The notes under the pieces are model-generated. The model made no database searches. It saw only the letters and a list, made by a program, of their open reading frames with translations, and had not been told where the DNA came from. The position numbers were made by a program, and so were the translations under genes. A stretch of 63,993 nucleotides of DNA from Gekko japonicus (lineage: Eukaryota): assembly GCF_001447785.1 (NCBI RefSeq), contig NW_015162068.1, positions 1 through 63,993 of the forward strand, written 5' to 3'. Below are positions 50,601-63,701 of this stretch, in pieces (within the stretch, counting starts at the first letter, position 1; every line of letters begins with the position of its first letter).

Positions 50601-53300
50601 CTGGCTTTTGGCGGCCTGAGCCCGCGGCGGCAGCAGTCAGGGAGATACAGGGCTTTTGGCGGGGGCTTGGGGGGCTTTGGCTGGGGGGGAGCCGGTTTGG
50701 CACCCTCAGGGCCGGCCCGCACTCTAGACGAATGCCTAGTTCGCCTAGCGAGTGAGCCGGCCCTGGCAAACTGCTTCTTAAATCGTAAGTTTGGCTCAGG
50801 AGTGGTATTGTCCAGGGCATAAGCCCCTTCCCATTTACTCAGGGACAAATCTTTCCAGTTTCAGTGTACTGCTTGCAGAAACAAACGGAACTCCTTGTGC
50901 TTGGGCTGGAACAGGAGCAGCAGCATTGGGACTGTTTGCCCTTTGTAAGCTGCTTCCAGGAATGGTTTTTGATTGAGAGAGTGGGATGGAAATACTTTAC
51001 TGAAAATAGAAACCACATTTCTCCTGTCTTCAAGGTATTGGGGGGGGGGTGTTACACAAGAGGGATGAATAGAAGTATGTGGGATAGGAGACAAGTGAGA
51101 AGCAACGGGGGAGGGCATGGCTGCAGGAACTTTGCTTACTCAAAAAGTTTTGAATGAGCTCCTCCTTTCCTTGCATCTCTGGGTCATAGGTTGCTCATTG
51201 ACAGCATCATTAGACCCGTATCTCAGAATGGTTTGTTTCAAGTATGACTAATGGTGGTTCTAAAGATAGAATTTATGATGTATTTTCAGTATATTCAAAT
51301 TTTATGGTTTCCAAAAGTGAATGGATGATTCGACCACTGTGGTTGCTGCTGTGACCAATAATATACTGATAATGGGAGCTGCGGTGGCTCAAGTGGTTAA
51401 GACGCTGAACTGCAGGCTGTGGAAGGGCAGTAGTTCAGCAGTTCAAGACCCGGGTGCCGCAAGACAGGGTGAGCTCCTGTCTCTAGTTCCAGCTCCTGCC
51501 AACCTAGCAGTTCGAAAGCAAGAAATTGCAAGTAGATAAATAGGTACCACTTCGGTGGGAAGGTAACAGCGTTCCGTGCGCCTTGGTGTTTAGTCATGCT
51601 GGCCACATGACCACGGAAACGTCTTCGGACAGCGCTGGCTCTTCGGCTTTGAAACGGAGATGAGCACCGCAACCCTAGAGTCGGATTCGACTGGCTTTCG
51701 AGCAAGGGAACCTTTACCTTTACCTTTTTAATGGGTTGGAATCAAATGTCTGTTGCCACTGGTATAGGCCACCTCTATTTAGGAAAAAGGTTTTTTTTTG
51801 CCAAGTTCTGATACAGAACCGCCAGTTCACCCCTGTCACCAGAAGAAGCATTCCTAGGGACTACAGGCAGAGGGGGTCCGGTTCCACTGAGAGTATTTCG
51901 GATCGTTTTCCACACTGGTATCCCAGATGACTTCCACAGGTATAGTTATGCACAACCCAAGGTTTTCTGGTAATGCATGTTCTCTGTTTTAGAATTAGAG
52001 CAGTTGGGACAGCAGCCATAAATATGTGTTTGGTGGCAACGGGAGGAGCAGATGCCTATTATGAGATGGGGATTCATTGCTGGGATATGGCAGGAGCTGG
52101 AATAATTATTACAGAAGCTGGTGGAGTTCTGCTTGATGTCTCAGGTAAACTATGTGAGAAACATAAAAACAAACTGAAAAAGACACTTGGCATATATGAA
52201 CATTTAGCTAGCAACAAGATGTTGGATGCTGTGCTTTGTTCCACATTGGGTCAACTGGCTCTTGGACCTTACACAGGGTCTCAGCCCAGTATGAACACTC
52301 TGCACACATGCATCCCTGCACTGTTCCCCAGCATTTACTGACACCACCAGCACCCCAAGCAAGATTTTGGTGAGCACAACATGCTGCATGGGGAAAAGAC
52401 AGCTGGGAAAGTTCTGTAAGTGCTGCTGTGCTTCTAGTGTTTAAGATCTAACCCAAAGTACACAAATGATTGAATATTAAGAGACATACATGCATTTAAC
52501 TGTGTCTGGGTTCCATTCAGTGGGGTTTGGACACATCTAATTTGTGTAGATGCTCCAGATTTGTAGTGGTTATATGTGAAATGTTTGCTTTCCTGTGTCA
52601 GTGTACAAATGTATCTTTGCATGTTGAATGTTGAAGATGCTCTCTATTTATAATATCATATAACTCTTTGTGTACTAGTATCCATTAAGGGATTCAGGGC
52701 TCCTGAAATTTTCTTCTAGCTGCCTCCCTTTAAATGCACACTGTCTCCCTTTAAAGGACAGACTTATCTTCAAAGGCTGTATTTTTCTTATCAGTTACCT
52801 CTGCAGATTGCAGGGCTTCAGGTTGTAATGCTTGCCTTGAACAGAATGATTTGAAGATTACTGCCAAAGTGCAGCTGCCTTGCTTTTCCTCATTGTGGGT
52901 TGGATCCTGTGGATCTGTTCCACTTGTGGCGGTGCTTTCCAGTTCAAAATGTATTCATTTATCTTTCACTGAAACTCAAGGTGGATTTATACCATTAAAA
53001 CAATGCAATAAGAACAGTATGAAACCTACAGCCAATAATCAGTAAAACCGGATTACAAATTTAGAGAACAGTGAACTAAAACAGTATAGTATATGTAATA
53101 CAACAGTGTACTACGAACAGTGCAACAGAGCCTTAGTTGGATATAAGGCCACAAATATTTTTTCTCTCTCTTCTTATCTAGGTGGACCATTTGATTTGAT
53201 GTCCAGAAGAATAATTGCAGCAAACAGCCAAGTTCTAGCAGAGAGGATAGCCAAAGAGCTTCAGATTATCCCTTTTCAAAGGGATGATGCAGCAAATTAA
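44556..53300 (+). CDS. IMPA1: Inositol monophosphatase 1; 8 coding exons, 278 aa
   Basis: Exons 44556-44618, 44864-44997, 47077-47181, 47481-47526, 47648-47756, 48783-48891, 51993-52144, 53182-53300 join in frame (837 nt). Motifs [17 protein letters not shown] and HCWDMAGAG are present. Confidence 0.97.
44625..44715 (-). mobile_element. Penelope-type terminal repeat with decayed hammerhead motif
   Basis: Homologous to 38885-38980; core reads CCGAAGA...AAAA. Confidence 0.6.
44864..44997 (+). CDS. IMPA1: IMPA1 coding exon 2 (134 nt)
   Basis: IICEALKEE...[16 protein letters not shown]...KYPSH. Confidence 0.95.
47077..47181 (+). CDS. IMPA1: IMPA1 coding exon 3 (105 nt)
   Basis: [10 protein letters not shown]...[14 protein letters not shown]. 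Confidence 0.96.
47481..47526 (+). CDS. IMPA1: IMPA1 coding exon 4 (46 nt)
   Basis: [15 protein letters not shown]. Confidence 0.95.
47648..47756 (+). CDS. IMPA1: IMPA1 coding exon 5 (109 nt)
   Basis: [33 protein letters not shown]. Confidence 0.95.
48783..48891 (+). CDS. IMPA1: IMPA1 coding exon 6 (109 nt)
   Basis: [18 protein letters not shown]...SIPIHG. Confidence 0.95.
49039..50765. mobile_element. Composite non-autonomous hAT element (1727 bp) in an IMPA1 intron
   Basis: Perfect 12-bp TIR CAGGGCCGGCTC/GAGCCGGCCCTG; perfect 8-bp TSD GCAAACTG at 49031-49038 and 50766-50773. Confidence 0.85.
50038..50360. repeat. Two diverged tandem copies of a ~178-bp GC-rich unit
   Basis: ATAACTTTTTAAAGAGCCC...GAGCCAGAATGACCTC...GCGAGAGGTGGAATTTGCCC occurs twice. 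Confidence 0.85.
51377..51728 (+). mobile_element. Sauria-type SINE, full length
   Basis: Pol III A box TGGCTCAAGTGG, B box GTTCAAGACC, (ACCTTT)n tail, TSD TAATGGG. Confidence 0.88.
51993..52144 (+). CDS. IMPA1: IMPA1 coding exon 7 (152 nt)
   Basis: [12 protein letters not shown]...[15 protein letters not shown]. Confidence 0.96.
53182..53300 (+). CDS. IMPA1: IMPA1 last coding exon (119 nt)
   Basis: [14 protein letters not shown]...QRDDAAN-TAA. Confidence 0.95.
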
Positions 53301-55711
53301 ATGTTATCCTTTCACCTTACCTGTGACAGGGAGTTGGTCTGTGCCCATAAAAATAGCTTTCCTTGCAAAGGACACAGTTTTGCACTTGAGTAGAATAGCA
53401 ATCGACTATAAGTTTGGTTTGAACATTTCAAAGCCTGATACTTGAATTCCTCTTCTCTTCTCCTCTTTTTTCCCCCACCCTCCAGACTTCACATGCATTC
53501 TGGATCTTAACCGTTGTCCATTATAGAAAGCATTTAAAAAATATCACTAAGTGTAATTGTGATGCTGGCTAGAAGTGAGGTGGATATGACCTGCTGCGTT
53601 TTCGGACATAATATGTATAGCACTCACGTAATTAATAGTGAATAAGAGGTTCTTCATTTCTGGACAATGTTCTACAATTCAAGACTACGCTGATAGCAAT
53701 GTGTGGAACTTGGACCACAGAGAAGGTTCCAAGATATTGGTGGAAAGTTTCTCAAGAATAAATGAGATGTTCTGTGTAGTAGGAAGACTAGCTACACATT
53801 ACCTCAGAAAAGAACAATCCCAACTCTGTGTTTTACTGATACAAACAGCAATGCAAGAGAGGGTAATATTAGCCATTGAGAATTGGCCTGTAGGTGGAAG
53901 AAGTGCTTAACCCCTCTCTTGCCCAGTAATTCTCCCCTGTAAATGTTTTTCCCATCCCCTCAGGTGTCTTACCTTTCAGTGTTGAAGGCCAGGTGGAAGC
54001 TCCCACCTGCCAAGTTCCTTGGAAGATGTCCTTCAGCTTACATCTCTCCATTAAGGCTAAAAATTGCTTAACTCTGGCTAGAGCATCATCTCCATTGGTT
54101 TTATTTGCAGCATTTACCTTTTTTAAAAAAAAATTGCTTCTTCGTAGTGGCTTAGCAGTATTTCTAAAAGGGTACTGAAGGATTGACTGCTTACCTAGAC
54201 CCAAGAAGAAAAATAAAATATAAATGCAAGTGCTGAATTATTAACCAGTGTGGTGATATTCAGCCAAAATTCACCATATAAACTCTCAGCACACCTATCA
54301 GCAGCATTCAAGAAGACACCTAACCGGGTTTTGACACTGAAATGTCCTCCAGTAGCACTGCAATCCTTCACACAGTTACTCCAATTTAAGTCTGCTTTCA
54401 TTGGTCTTTAACTGGAGGGTCACACAATCAGACACTTTATCAGAAGCTTCCCCCCCCCCTCCGAATTTGTTTCTGGTATGAAAAAAACGGCAAATTGATG
54501 GGGGTGGGTTTGTTCTTTTGGTTGCAGAGTTTGATCATCCTTCCTGCACATGGAATAGGTAGATTGGGCCCTGCAGATCTGTTCTGCTAATGGTTGTGCT
54601 CTCCTCTGGTGCAAGGAACTTTCCGCTGATGTGGGAGGCTCACCTCTTGTATCAACAGAAGGCTTCTTGTGCAGAGGGATCCCATGGAGTATTTCTTGTA
54701 AATCTTCTGTGACAGATACGAGGTTGGATCTCCAGAGTGTTTACATGGACCAAAGGGTTTCTACCCACAGAAATTCTCACCTCCTACTGTAGGATGCCCC
54801 TTCTGGGGGTGCTCCAGCATCAAGGAGCAGCATTTGAGGATGCGGGGGCGGGGAGATCACCCTCTGTGGGTAGAAATCCTTCTCACAGAAACGTTCTGGT
54901 GGATCCAAGTTGCTGTGGACCCATTTGTGGGCTAAAGCTATGAAGTGAGTTCGGGCCATGAAGGACTGCTATATTGTGTTTAAGTTGCCACAACGGTTGG
55001 TTGTTCGTTTTCTAGATATATACTGTACATGGATGTCTTATTTGGTGTAAAAATTATGCCATTGAATTATACATTGAAGGTTTGACTGTAGAGCGTTTTG
55101 CACTATTCAGTAAGATTGAGTTGAATCATATATATTTAGATGGGTGGATCTTTGCCATCAGAGTGTTTTCAGTGTCCCATCTGCAGCCATATTTTTGTCA
55201 CAAAACAGTTTGTGTTATTATGATTCCTCTGATGACTGTGATTGCCTGCATGCACATCAAGAACAATCTGTTGACAAAACTGGTGTATCCGTAATATTAC
55301 AACACATCCTTTGTGTACTAGTCTGCTGGCCTTTGTGTTGGATCTTCCATGGCATTTCAGGCTCAGCCATAGCCATGCCATCACTGCAAACGTACACTTT
55401 CCTCTACAGATTATAATAATGGGTTGTTGAATTAAATGTAACCAATAAGGTTAATCTTTAAAGTTTCATTTCTTTAAAATTACATGGCTGTAAATATTAG
55501 TTACATTTTTTGTAGCCCAAGGCTGAGGTTCTTGCTATATTAACTTGAGCAGCAAATGCATCCTTGGAGCTGAGTAATGGTGGAAGTCTAGCAGTTCAAT
55601 TCTGTGAACCTCTGGGTTGTGACAGATTTAGCACCAGTGCTAGGGGATTGCTGCATGAAGTGCCAAAAGCCACAGAACCTATTCTAAATGTCAATCAAAT
55701 TTTCTCTAGAC

Positions 55712-56102
55712 CAGGGGTGGCCAAACTGCAGCTTGGGAGCCACATGCAGCTCTTTCACACATATTGTGCGGCACCTGTCAGGGTGGCTGGGGAAGGGGAG
55801 TCATGCCTCTCTAGCCGGTCTTCCCTTCCCTAGCCAGTGTTCCCCTCCCTGAATAGGCTTGAGTGGGGGGGGGGGGACAGAGGAAGAAAGCAACTTTAAA
55901 TCCCCCCCCCCGCCCAGCTTGGAGAAAGCATTTATCTCTTTAAATATCATTATCAATATCTGTTTTTACTCCTTTTGTTTTTATTTCTTGCTGTGTTAAT
56001 AAACAAATTTGCATATTTTCCAGTAAAAATGTGTGTAAGATTTGTTCATGTCTTGGGGCTCTTCTATGTGGCTCTTACGTTGGGCAACTTTGGCCACTCC
56101 TG
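55712..56102. mobile_element. hAT-Charlie-like non-autonomous element
   Basis: TIR CAGGGGTGGCCAAA; TSD CTCTAGAC fits the Charlie NTCTAGAN target. Confidence 0.85.
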
Positions 56103-57198
56103 CTCTAGACACTGCTTGTGCCTCATCAGCTTTCAGAATTTTACTTTATACTTTACTTCCTAAGTATACCAGGACAAATAGATGGCTTCTGGGTTCCTGT
56201 GTGAAACTGTAGGTAAGGGGGCTCCAATGTGAGGCATATTTGTTTTGTAAAATGAAAACTATTCTGGAATGCTCTAAGTATACGCTTAAAATAAAGATTA
56301 CCTTCAGACTATTGGCCTTGGGAAAGCGTGAATATTTTTTGTCAAACAGTATGTGTGTAGCACTTCCGTTACAAAAGTTAGCAGTCAATGAATATCAAGT
56401 GCTTAGCCTGTAAAAAAAAGCAGACACATCACAACTACAGTGGTTTTATGAGAGTCAGTAGAGACAGCCAGTGTGGTATAGCAGTTAGAGTGTGAGATTA
56501 GGATCTGGTCCCCATTGTCTTATCCCTTATCGGAGGATCAGGGCCCATCACTCTGTCATGTAGCCAAACCTACATCGCTGGGTTGCTGTAAGGAGGGGGG
56601 GGGAACAGACACCACTGGCTTCCTTGGAGCAAAGGTGAGATAAAGATGTACTGTAAATGGGTAAAACTATATCCAGTACTAGCAGCCTGCCTGCCATCCA
56701 CTTCCCCTGTAACAGGCAAAGGAGTTGTGTCACACCCAGTATACTGTCCAGTGCAGAGCGTTGGTCTAGGCCTTGGGGAGACCTGGATTCAAATCCCCAT
56801 TCAGCCCAGTTCAATAATCTAACCTATTTTATAAGGTGGTTGTGAGGATTATACGGAGATTGGAGAAGAGGAGAAGCTCTCTGAGCTCCTGGGAGGAGGG
56901 ACAGGAGAAAAATGTAAGAAATCCTTGTATTTTAAAAAGGGAAATTTGTGCTGGAGATGTCTTTACTGAAGTTAAACAAATTTGTTTAAAACCACAGTGA
57001 AGAAAAAGATAAAATGGGGAATGTGAGTGAGAGAATGGAGGGGAAGAGAGAACATCTGTACTTGTGTGGATTATGTTTTTCAAAAAACAGGTGGACTGGA
57101 AGGTGTTTAGATGTTACCTCAAAGCCACTAGAGGGACTCAGTTCACTAGCTGAAAAGTAATACAGTGAGTGCCGTTATACTCTATATATAGGTGTCAC

Positions 57199-57686
57199 CA
57201 GGGCTTTTTTTGTAGAAAAAGCTCAGCAGAAAAAGCCCAGCAGGAACTCATTAGCATAATAAGCCACACCCAATAGCAGAAACTAATTAGCATATTAGGA
57301 CACACCCCAGACAGCACAGCTCATTAGCATTTTAGGACACAGCCCCATGCCTTCCCTTGGCTTGCCTGGGCGCCCCACGGCTGCAGGGAGCTCAGGCAAG
57401 CCCCCCCCTTGAAGGGAAGGGAGTTTAAATTGCCTTCCCTTGGCTTGCCTGGGCACCCTGCCACTGCAGGGAGCCTGGGCAAGTTGGCCCTTGGACAGGC
57501 ACGGGGAGGTATTTAAATTATCCTTCCAGGCCCCCCCTGGCCCACCCGCCTCAGAGTCACAGAGGGATCTCTCTTCAGGCCTTCCCTCTGTAGCCAGGCA
57601 CACAGGTTTTGGCTGTAGTGGGCATAGCCAACTCTGAAGCCAGCCGGAACTCCGTTCCTGTGCGTTCCTGCCCAAAAATAGCCCTG
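57199..57686. mobile_element. hAT-like MITE with ATTAGCAT/CACACCC subterminal repeats
   Basis: CAGGGCT...AGCCCTG TIR; perfect TSD GGTGTCAC. Confidence 0.85.
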
Positions 57687-59476
57687 GGTGTCACTTTGTT
57701 ATGTTTATAAAACAGAAAAATGTAACTTGCAAATTTATTTCCTTGATTCTTCTGCTGTAGAAATTACAAGCAATTAAAGGCTTTCTTTTTGGAATCTGGC
57801 ATAGTGCCTTCTTTTTTGCTCTTTCTACAAGTCTCAGAAATGATGTTTACAGTACATTAAAGAAATGTGCCCTGAATCCAAGGACACCCTCTTACCCAAC
57901 AGGCTGTAAGACATATATATAATAGTAAAGTGTGGTCCCCATCTGGCTATCTAAATCTGCAGATCAGGACCATACTGACACTAAGCAGATTTTCCTTCAG
58001 ATTTGAGGGGGCCTCCCCAGGTTTGCAAAAGAATTTGAAATCTTAAAATACACTGGGGAGTTTAAATTTCACCAAAAATAAAAAAGTTTTGTCTGTACTC
58101 GCACAAGACAACACACAACAATGGGGTTGGTGGGAGGAGTGCACTGGATACAGATGGTGGGAACAGAATTCTTCGCTCCTAATTGTCTGTTTCAGCATTG
58201 GCCAGTTAGAAGCTGTCAGGAAAGTTTAAAGAGGGCAGCTGAGCGGGTGGCTATGAAGTAGAACCAACCTGCTCAAGCCTCTAATGGCTTTTAATAGACT
58301 GGAGGAGAAGATGCTGAAACTGATGTCATGACACTCACATTCCCCTTGAACTAGTCCAGGCTAGCCACATATACGCATCCCAGTGAATGTATATACAATC
58401 CAGGTACAGTGCACACTATTTTTCTTTCTATGTGCATTGATTAATTCTTGTGCTACATGCAATACAAGTACAACTGAACAGTGTAAATTAAACCCCAGGT
58501 ACCAGTTCCTAGTTTTAAAGCATATGCACATTGGCACTTTCTTCCACAGAGATGTACGTACAGCATGTGTGTGTGAGTTCACTGCAATGTGAACAGGTTT
58601 CATACAAGCATTTAAGAACTGACTGCTTAAAAGCTACAACAGTGGTTGGAGGGGGGATTAGGATTGAAGGTAAAAAAAATTCCTATAATCCAAACTAATA
58701 GAATTTTTCACACTGCAGAGTACCTAAGAGTTTAAAGGATCCTGGAATTGGGCAGGTGTATAAACTGGCAGGAGATGTTCTGGTCCAAGGAGAGGAAGAT
58801 GAAAAGTATTTCAATTCTCCCCAGCAGGCACCATTCAGGTCTGTGGGGCTACACAAGCACCAAGCTTCAAACCTCAGCAACTAGAGCTATGGGGCTGTGT
58901 ACTTTGGCCTGCAAAACTTGTGTTCAGGCCTAGGTGGCAGCAGCTCCTCACCTAGCTGTAGGCCTCCGCAGTAGTCATATGCTATTGTTTTGTATTGTAA
59001 GGAGAATTTCCCAGTTGTTCTTTTCCCCGTGATTCACAAGTCTTCAGAACAAGATGATAGCAAAATTGGAGGTGAAACGCTTATCAGCAGAGCCATAAGG
59101 TAGGCACAATCGCCTCTTGAGAATTTTTAGTGTCTTCCTGAAAGGGTCTGGGATTGAGGCTTTCGCTGCCCTGCAATTCCCTGTGCCCCCGTCACACACA
59201 CACACATCTGACCTAATCCAGGAGCTTTATCTGCAGTTATTTGATTTCTGAACCAACATTTCATATATATATTTTTTGGCTATGGGGGAGGCCAGATGTT
59301 AGAATAAGGACTGCCTGTGCCCCTACCATTGAATCACATTATCAACCATATCTCATCCACACAGGAAATATTATGTTAAAGTTCCAAACAGAGCTAAAGC
59401 TGCAAGGTCCAGCCGGAAGAATGGAAATGTCACTCCAGCGAGAGATGCTTCTAACAACCCAAGTTTCCTTATCTAG

Positions 59477-59821
59477 TAAAGGTAAAGGTTCCCTTGCTCG
59501 AAAGCCAGTCGAATCTGACTCTAGGGTTGCGGTGCTCATCTCTGTTTCAAAGCCGAAGAGCCAGCGCTGTCCGAAGATGTTTCTGTGGTCATGTGGCCAC
59601 AATGACTAAACACCAAGGCGCACGGAACACTGTTACCTTCCCACCGAAGTGGTACCTATTTATCTACTTGCAATTTCTTGCTTTCGAACGGCTAGGTTGG
59701 CAGGAGCTGGAACTAGAGACGGGAGCTCACTCCATCTTGCGGCACCCGGGTCTCGAACTGCTGAACTACTGACATTCCACAGCCTGCAGTTCAGCGTCTT
59801 AACCACTTGAGCCACCGCAGC
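59477..59821 (-). mobile_element. Sauria-type SINE, full length
   Basis: Inverted near-identical copy of 51377-51728; TSD TCCTTATCTAG. Confidence 0.88.
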
Positions 59822-60900
59822 TCCTTATCTAGCTGAGACAAAAAGTTCCATCCACATGAGCTTAGAATGATGTGGAAGCTGATTCCCTGTGGTACAATTT
59901 CTCTCTGAATGGTGATGGAAAGTGCTGTCAGGGTGCAGACAATGTATGTCAGCCCTGTATTGTTTCCAAGGCAAGAGAGGCACAGATAATGGTTTGCTAT
60001 TGCCTGCCTCTGCGTAGTAACTCTGGACTTTCTTAGTGTTCTCTCATCCAAGTACTAGCGATGCAGACACTGACAAGATCACGCTAGCCTGGGCCATCCA
60101 GTTAGTACATATATGTGAACAGCAGAGCTGTACCAGCAAATCCAGTCACATAGATCCATCTCACTTGATTGTCGCTTGGTCAAAAGAGACAGAATGGTTG
60201 TGTGGAAAACACCTACATGATTCTCTTCATCCATGTAGCATGGCAAAGTGATGAGGTGGTTAGAGCATGTTCCTAAATGAAGATTTTTCTCTGGTTTCCT
60301 GGAGTAGGCTTAAACAAAGTGTGGCTTGAATCTAGTACAGCGTTTCAATGGGGGAGGGAGATTTCACAGACAAACTTAGATGCTCATTATGGACAGAATA
60401 TTTGCATATCTTGCCTCATGTACACAAAACAAGCAGCACTCAACCTACAAGTTTCACAAAATCTCTCAATTTCATCTTTCATTACAATAAAAGCCACTTT
60501 TTAATCTTGCTAAAATCTAAATGAAGCCCCCGGTAAACTGTCATGTCATGATTTATAGTCTTATAAGCTTTCTCAGAGGAATCAAACTGTGATTTCTTTT
60601 ATATCTGATTGATGGAAAGCAGCTCCCAGCCCAAGTGACTTGACATTTATCATTTTAATCCTGCCGTACTTGGTACTGTTTGTACCACCTCCCACCTCTC
60701 ATTTGGCAAAAGGACTTAGTAAAGAGATTAGACACTCAAAAACCTTAGCGATAAATCCAAAAGAAGTCCTATGTATCCAGTCCACTTAATTAGCTGTTTC
60801 TAACTACATTAAGTTGCCACTGGCATATACACACACAGTACACAGGATTATTTTTCATATCACCAGCATTTAATATTTAACCCTAACTTTTTAATAAACA

Positions 60901-61072
60901 TAGATTCAGGTGGGTAGCCATGCTGGTTTGAAGCAGTAGAACAAAGTTTGAGTCCAGTGGCACCTTTAAGACCAGCAAAGTTTTATTCAAGGTGTGAGCT
61001 TTCTTGGTCTTAAAGGTGCCACTGGACTCAAAACTTTCTTGGTCTTAAAGGTGCCACTGGACTCAAAACTTT
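60901..61072. mobile_element. Penelope-type terminal repeat with inverted arms and a tandem duplication
   Basis: GAGTCCAGTGGCACCTTTAAGACCA followed by its inverse TGGTCTTAAAGGTGCCACTGGACTC twice. Confidence 0.7.
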
Positions 61073-62046
61073 TAAAATGAACACTAAGAAATCAGAAACA
61101 AGTCAGATGAAGGGAGAGGGGCATGGGAACCCAACCAGCTTCCACCCTGGACAAAGGATTAACAGTGCACTCCTGAGCAGAGTCACTCATTACTGTCGTT
61201 TCAATGGGCTTAGGGTGCAGCTACGCAATATACCCAATGTGTGTTGGGTCACAGGTACACAGCTGGACTTGCAGTCAGATGTACATCAGGGGAACACACC
61301 TTCCTCATGGAGCTAGAGGAAGGTGGGAAAAGCCCTCCAGCCCCCCCCCCCCCCCCCCCCCCAGAACTGGTGGAAATAGGGTGTGAGGGAAACCGGAAGC
61401 ATCTTTTCCCCCCCACTCACAGCACTCCCTTGCAACACTGAGCAAACAAGATCATTTCCCTCAATGTATGTCTGACTGGCTAGTCCAGCTGTACACCCAT
61501 GGGACCCAAAATATGTCTGGTGTATCATGTAGTTTGGCCCTTAGACTGGAGTCACACTGCATAAGATTGCACTGTAGGTCTCTGGATTTATGCTGAAAAT
61601 TTTAAAAAAAAACCTGTAAAGATGAATCATCTCAACATCTGCACTCATTCTGATGTACTTCCAGAATGCATGTTCTGCTATGTTCCAAGGGTTTTTGTAC
61701 AGAAGTTGTCTTTTCAAATTGAATGAATCTCCACATCTGTGCCAGAACACTTGCCTTTTATGCACCTAGGAGGCCACTTACACTCTTCTAAGCCAATTAA
61801 CTTCAATGCACTTAGAAGGGTATAAACTAGGGTTGCTGCATCTGGCTTGGGAAATTCCTGGAGATTTGAGGTGTCAAAACCCAGACCTGGGTCCTCCCGA
61901 GTCAACACCCTTCTAACTGGCCAGTAGTGCTCAGACCTGTGGGTCCCTGAAGCTGCATGCACACAGGAAACCAGAGCTTTTCTTTAAAAAATAGGAAAAG
62001 GTTTATTGGATAACAAAAAAAGGAAAAGAATACAATTAGGCAACAT

Positions 62047-62323
62047 AGTTTGCTTGTAGTGGTTAAGTGCATGGATGGACTCTAATCTGGGAGAACGGGG
62101 TTTGATTCCCCACTCCTCCACTTGAAGCTGCTGGATGACCTTGGACAAGCCATAGTTCTGACAGAGCTGTTCTCTCAAGGACAGTTCTAGAAAGAGTTCT
62201 CTCAGCCCCACCTACCTCACAGGGTGTCCGTTGTGGGGTGGAGAGGGGAAGGGAAAGGAATTTGTAAGCTGCTCTGAGACTCTGAGTGAAGGGTGGAGTA
62301 TAAATCCAATATCATCTTCTTCT
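62047..62323 (+). mobile_element. Squam3-like tRNA-derived SINE
   Basis: TGTAGTGGTTAAG...GGTTTGATTCCCC head; CCTACCTCACAGGGTG core; (TCT)n tail. Confidence 0.7.
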
Positions 62324-63467
62324 TGATTAAATAGCACAAAAACAATAAAAATTGATTTTTCTGTTTAGCATATTGGTACTTGGCATTAGATAGCATGGCC
62401 ACAGAATTGCAGAGTCCAGAGGAACAGAGGATCAAGCATGTTTCTACAATTCAGCATAGTCCATACCTCTGTCCTATAAAGTCACTAAGTCAGCAACCAT
62501 TTCCCCTTAATCTCTAGCGCCATTATATGCTTTGGCCCTTTGATGTCAGGTGATACACATAGTCACAAGAATTCTCTAGTAGATTTCAGCATCACTCCTG
62601 CTCCCCCTCCATTTATACTGGCCAGATGAACTCGTTGCCACATTCTTGGCTTCAGCCTTGACAGAGATAAGAGCCTGTAGATAAGATGGATTAATTACAG
62701 ACACCTCCTGCAACGCTGGAGTAGGCCCATTAATGTTCATATTAACCCTTGGGAGGAAATAGGGTGTTTTGCCTCACATGGGGAGAGGAGGGTGCTCTGT
62801 CAGGATGTGATGCCATGGAACCCACCCTCCAAAGATGCCATTTTCTCTAGGGGAACTTCTGGGACAACTACAGACCATGCCTGGAGGATGGCAACCCCAG
62901 GTAAAACACTGTGTAGGATGACACTGCTAGAGGTGGATTGGAGATTAGGTGAACTGGAGATCTCAGTGTATCCTACATAACAAATCAAGTTGCACTACAT
63001 ATTTACCAGCGAACATCAAGATTTAAATGTCAACCCAACAGCTATCCAGCATCTCAAACAGATTAAAATGAGGGTTTCTTCATGTGGCGACTGGTGGTGA
63101 ACCTGCAACTTGGAGAGACTGGAGAAGGAACACCATCTGCCACAGTAGTAGAAGGATGAGCCAAATAGCATGAATCTGCTTTCTGATGGATTTGGGGGAG
63201 GGGGGGGATGAAGCCTATATAAGAGCAGCTATCAGCCCCATCCCCTTCTCTTTTATAAGCTTTATTTCAATCATTCTCAGAGACTGCAAACAGGCACTTC
63301 TTAGCATCTCTTTGGAAATCCCTTACATATATGCAGTCAGCCATAAGTTCCCCAAATTTGCCTCTTCAATAGTATCAGAGTACCCCAAAAAGTGTTGCTT
63401 GTAACCCATGCCCGGAAAGGAACATTGTTAAAAAGGCAGAGGAGCAGAGCTTACTTCCATCCACATT

Positions 63468-63701
63468 GTTGTTGTTGTTGTTCAGTCGCACAGTCAAGTC
63501 CGACTCTTCGCAACCCCATGGACCATATCATGCCAGGCCCTCCTGTCCTCTGTCACCCTCCGGAGTTTGCTCAACTTCATGTTCGTTGCATCGATAACAC
63601 TGTCTTACCATCTCATCCTTTGCCGTCCCCTTCTTCTTTTATCTTCAATCTTTCCCAGCATCAGGGTCTTCTCCAGTGAGTGCTCCCTTCTCATTTGGTG
63701 G
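63468..63701 (-). mobile_element. BovB-type RTE LINE 3' end
   Basis: (CAA)n tail; TTCAGTCGC...GTCCGACTCTT...CCCCATGGAC; TSD CCATCCACATT. Confidence 0.8.

Noticed and set aside
49601-50848. Overlapping 110-150 aa ORFs as a transposase or captured gene
   Set aside because: Low-complexity GC-rich frames on both strands with no DDE/BED or other recognisable motifs.
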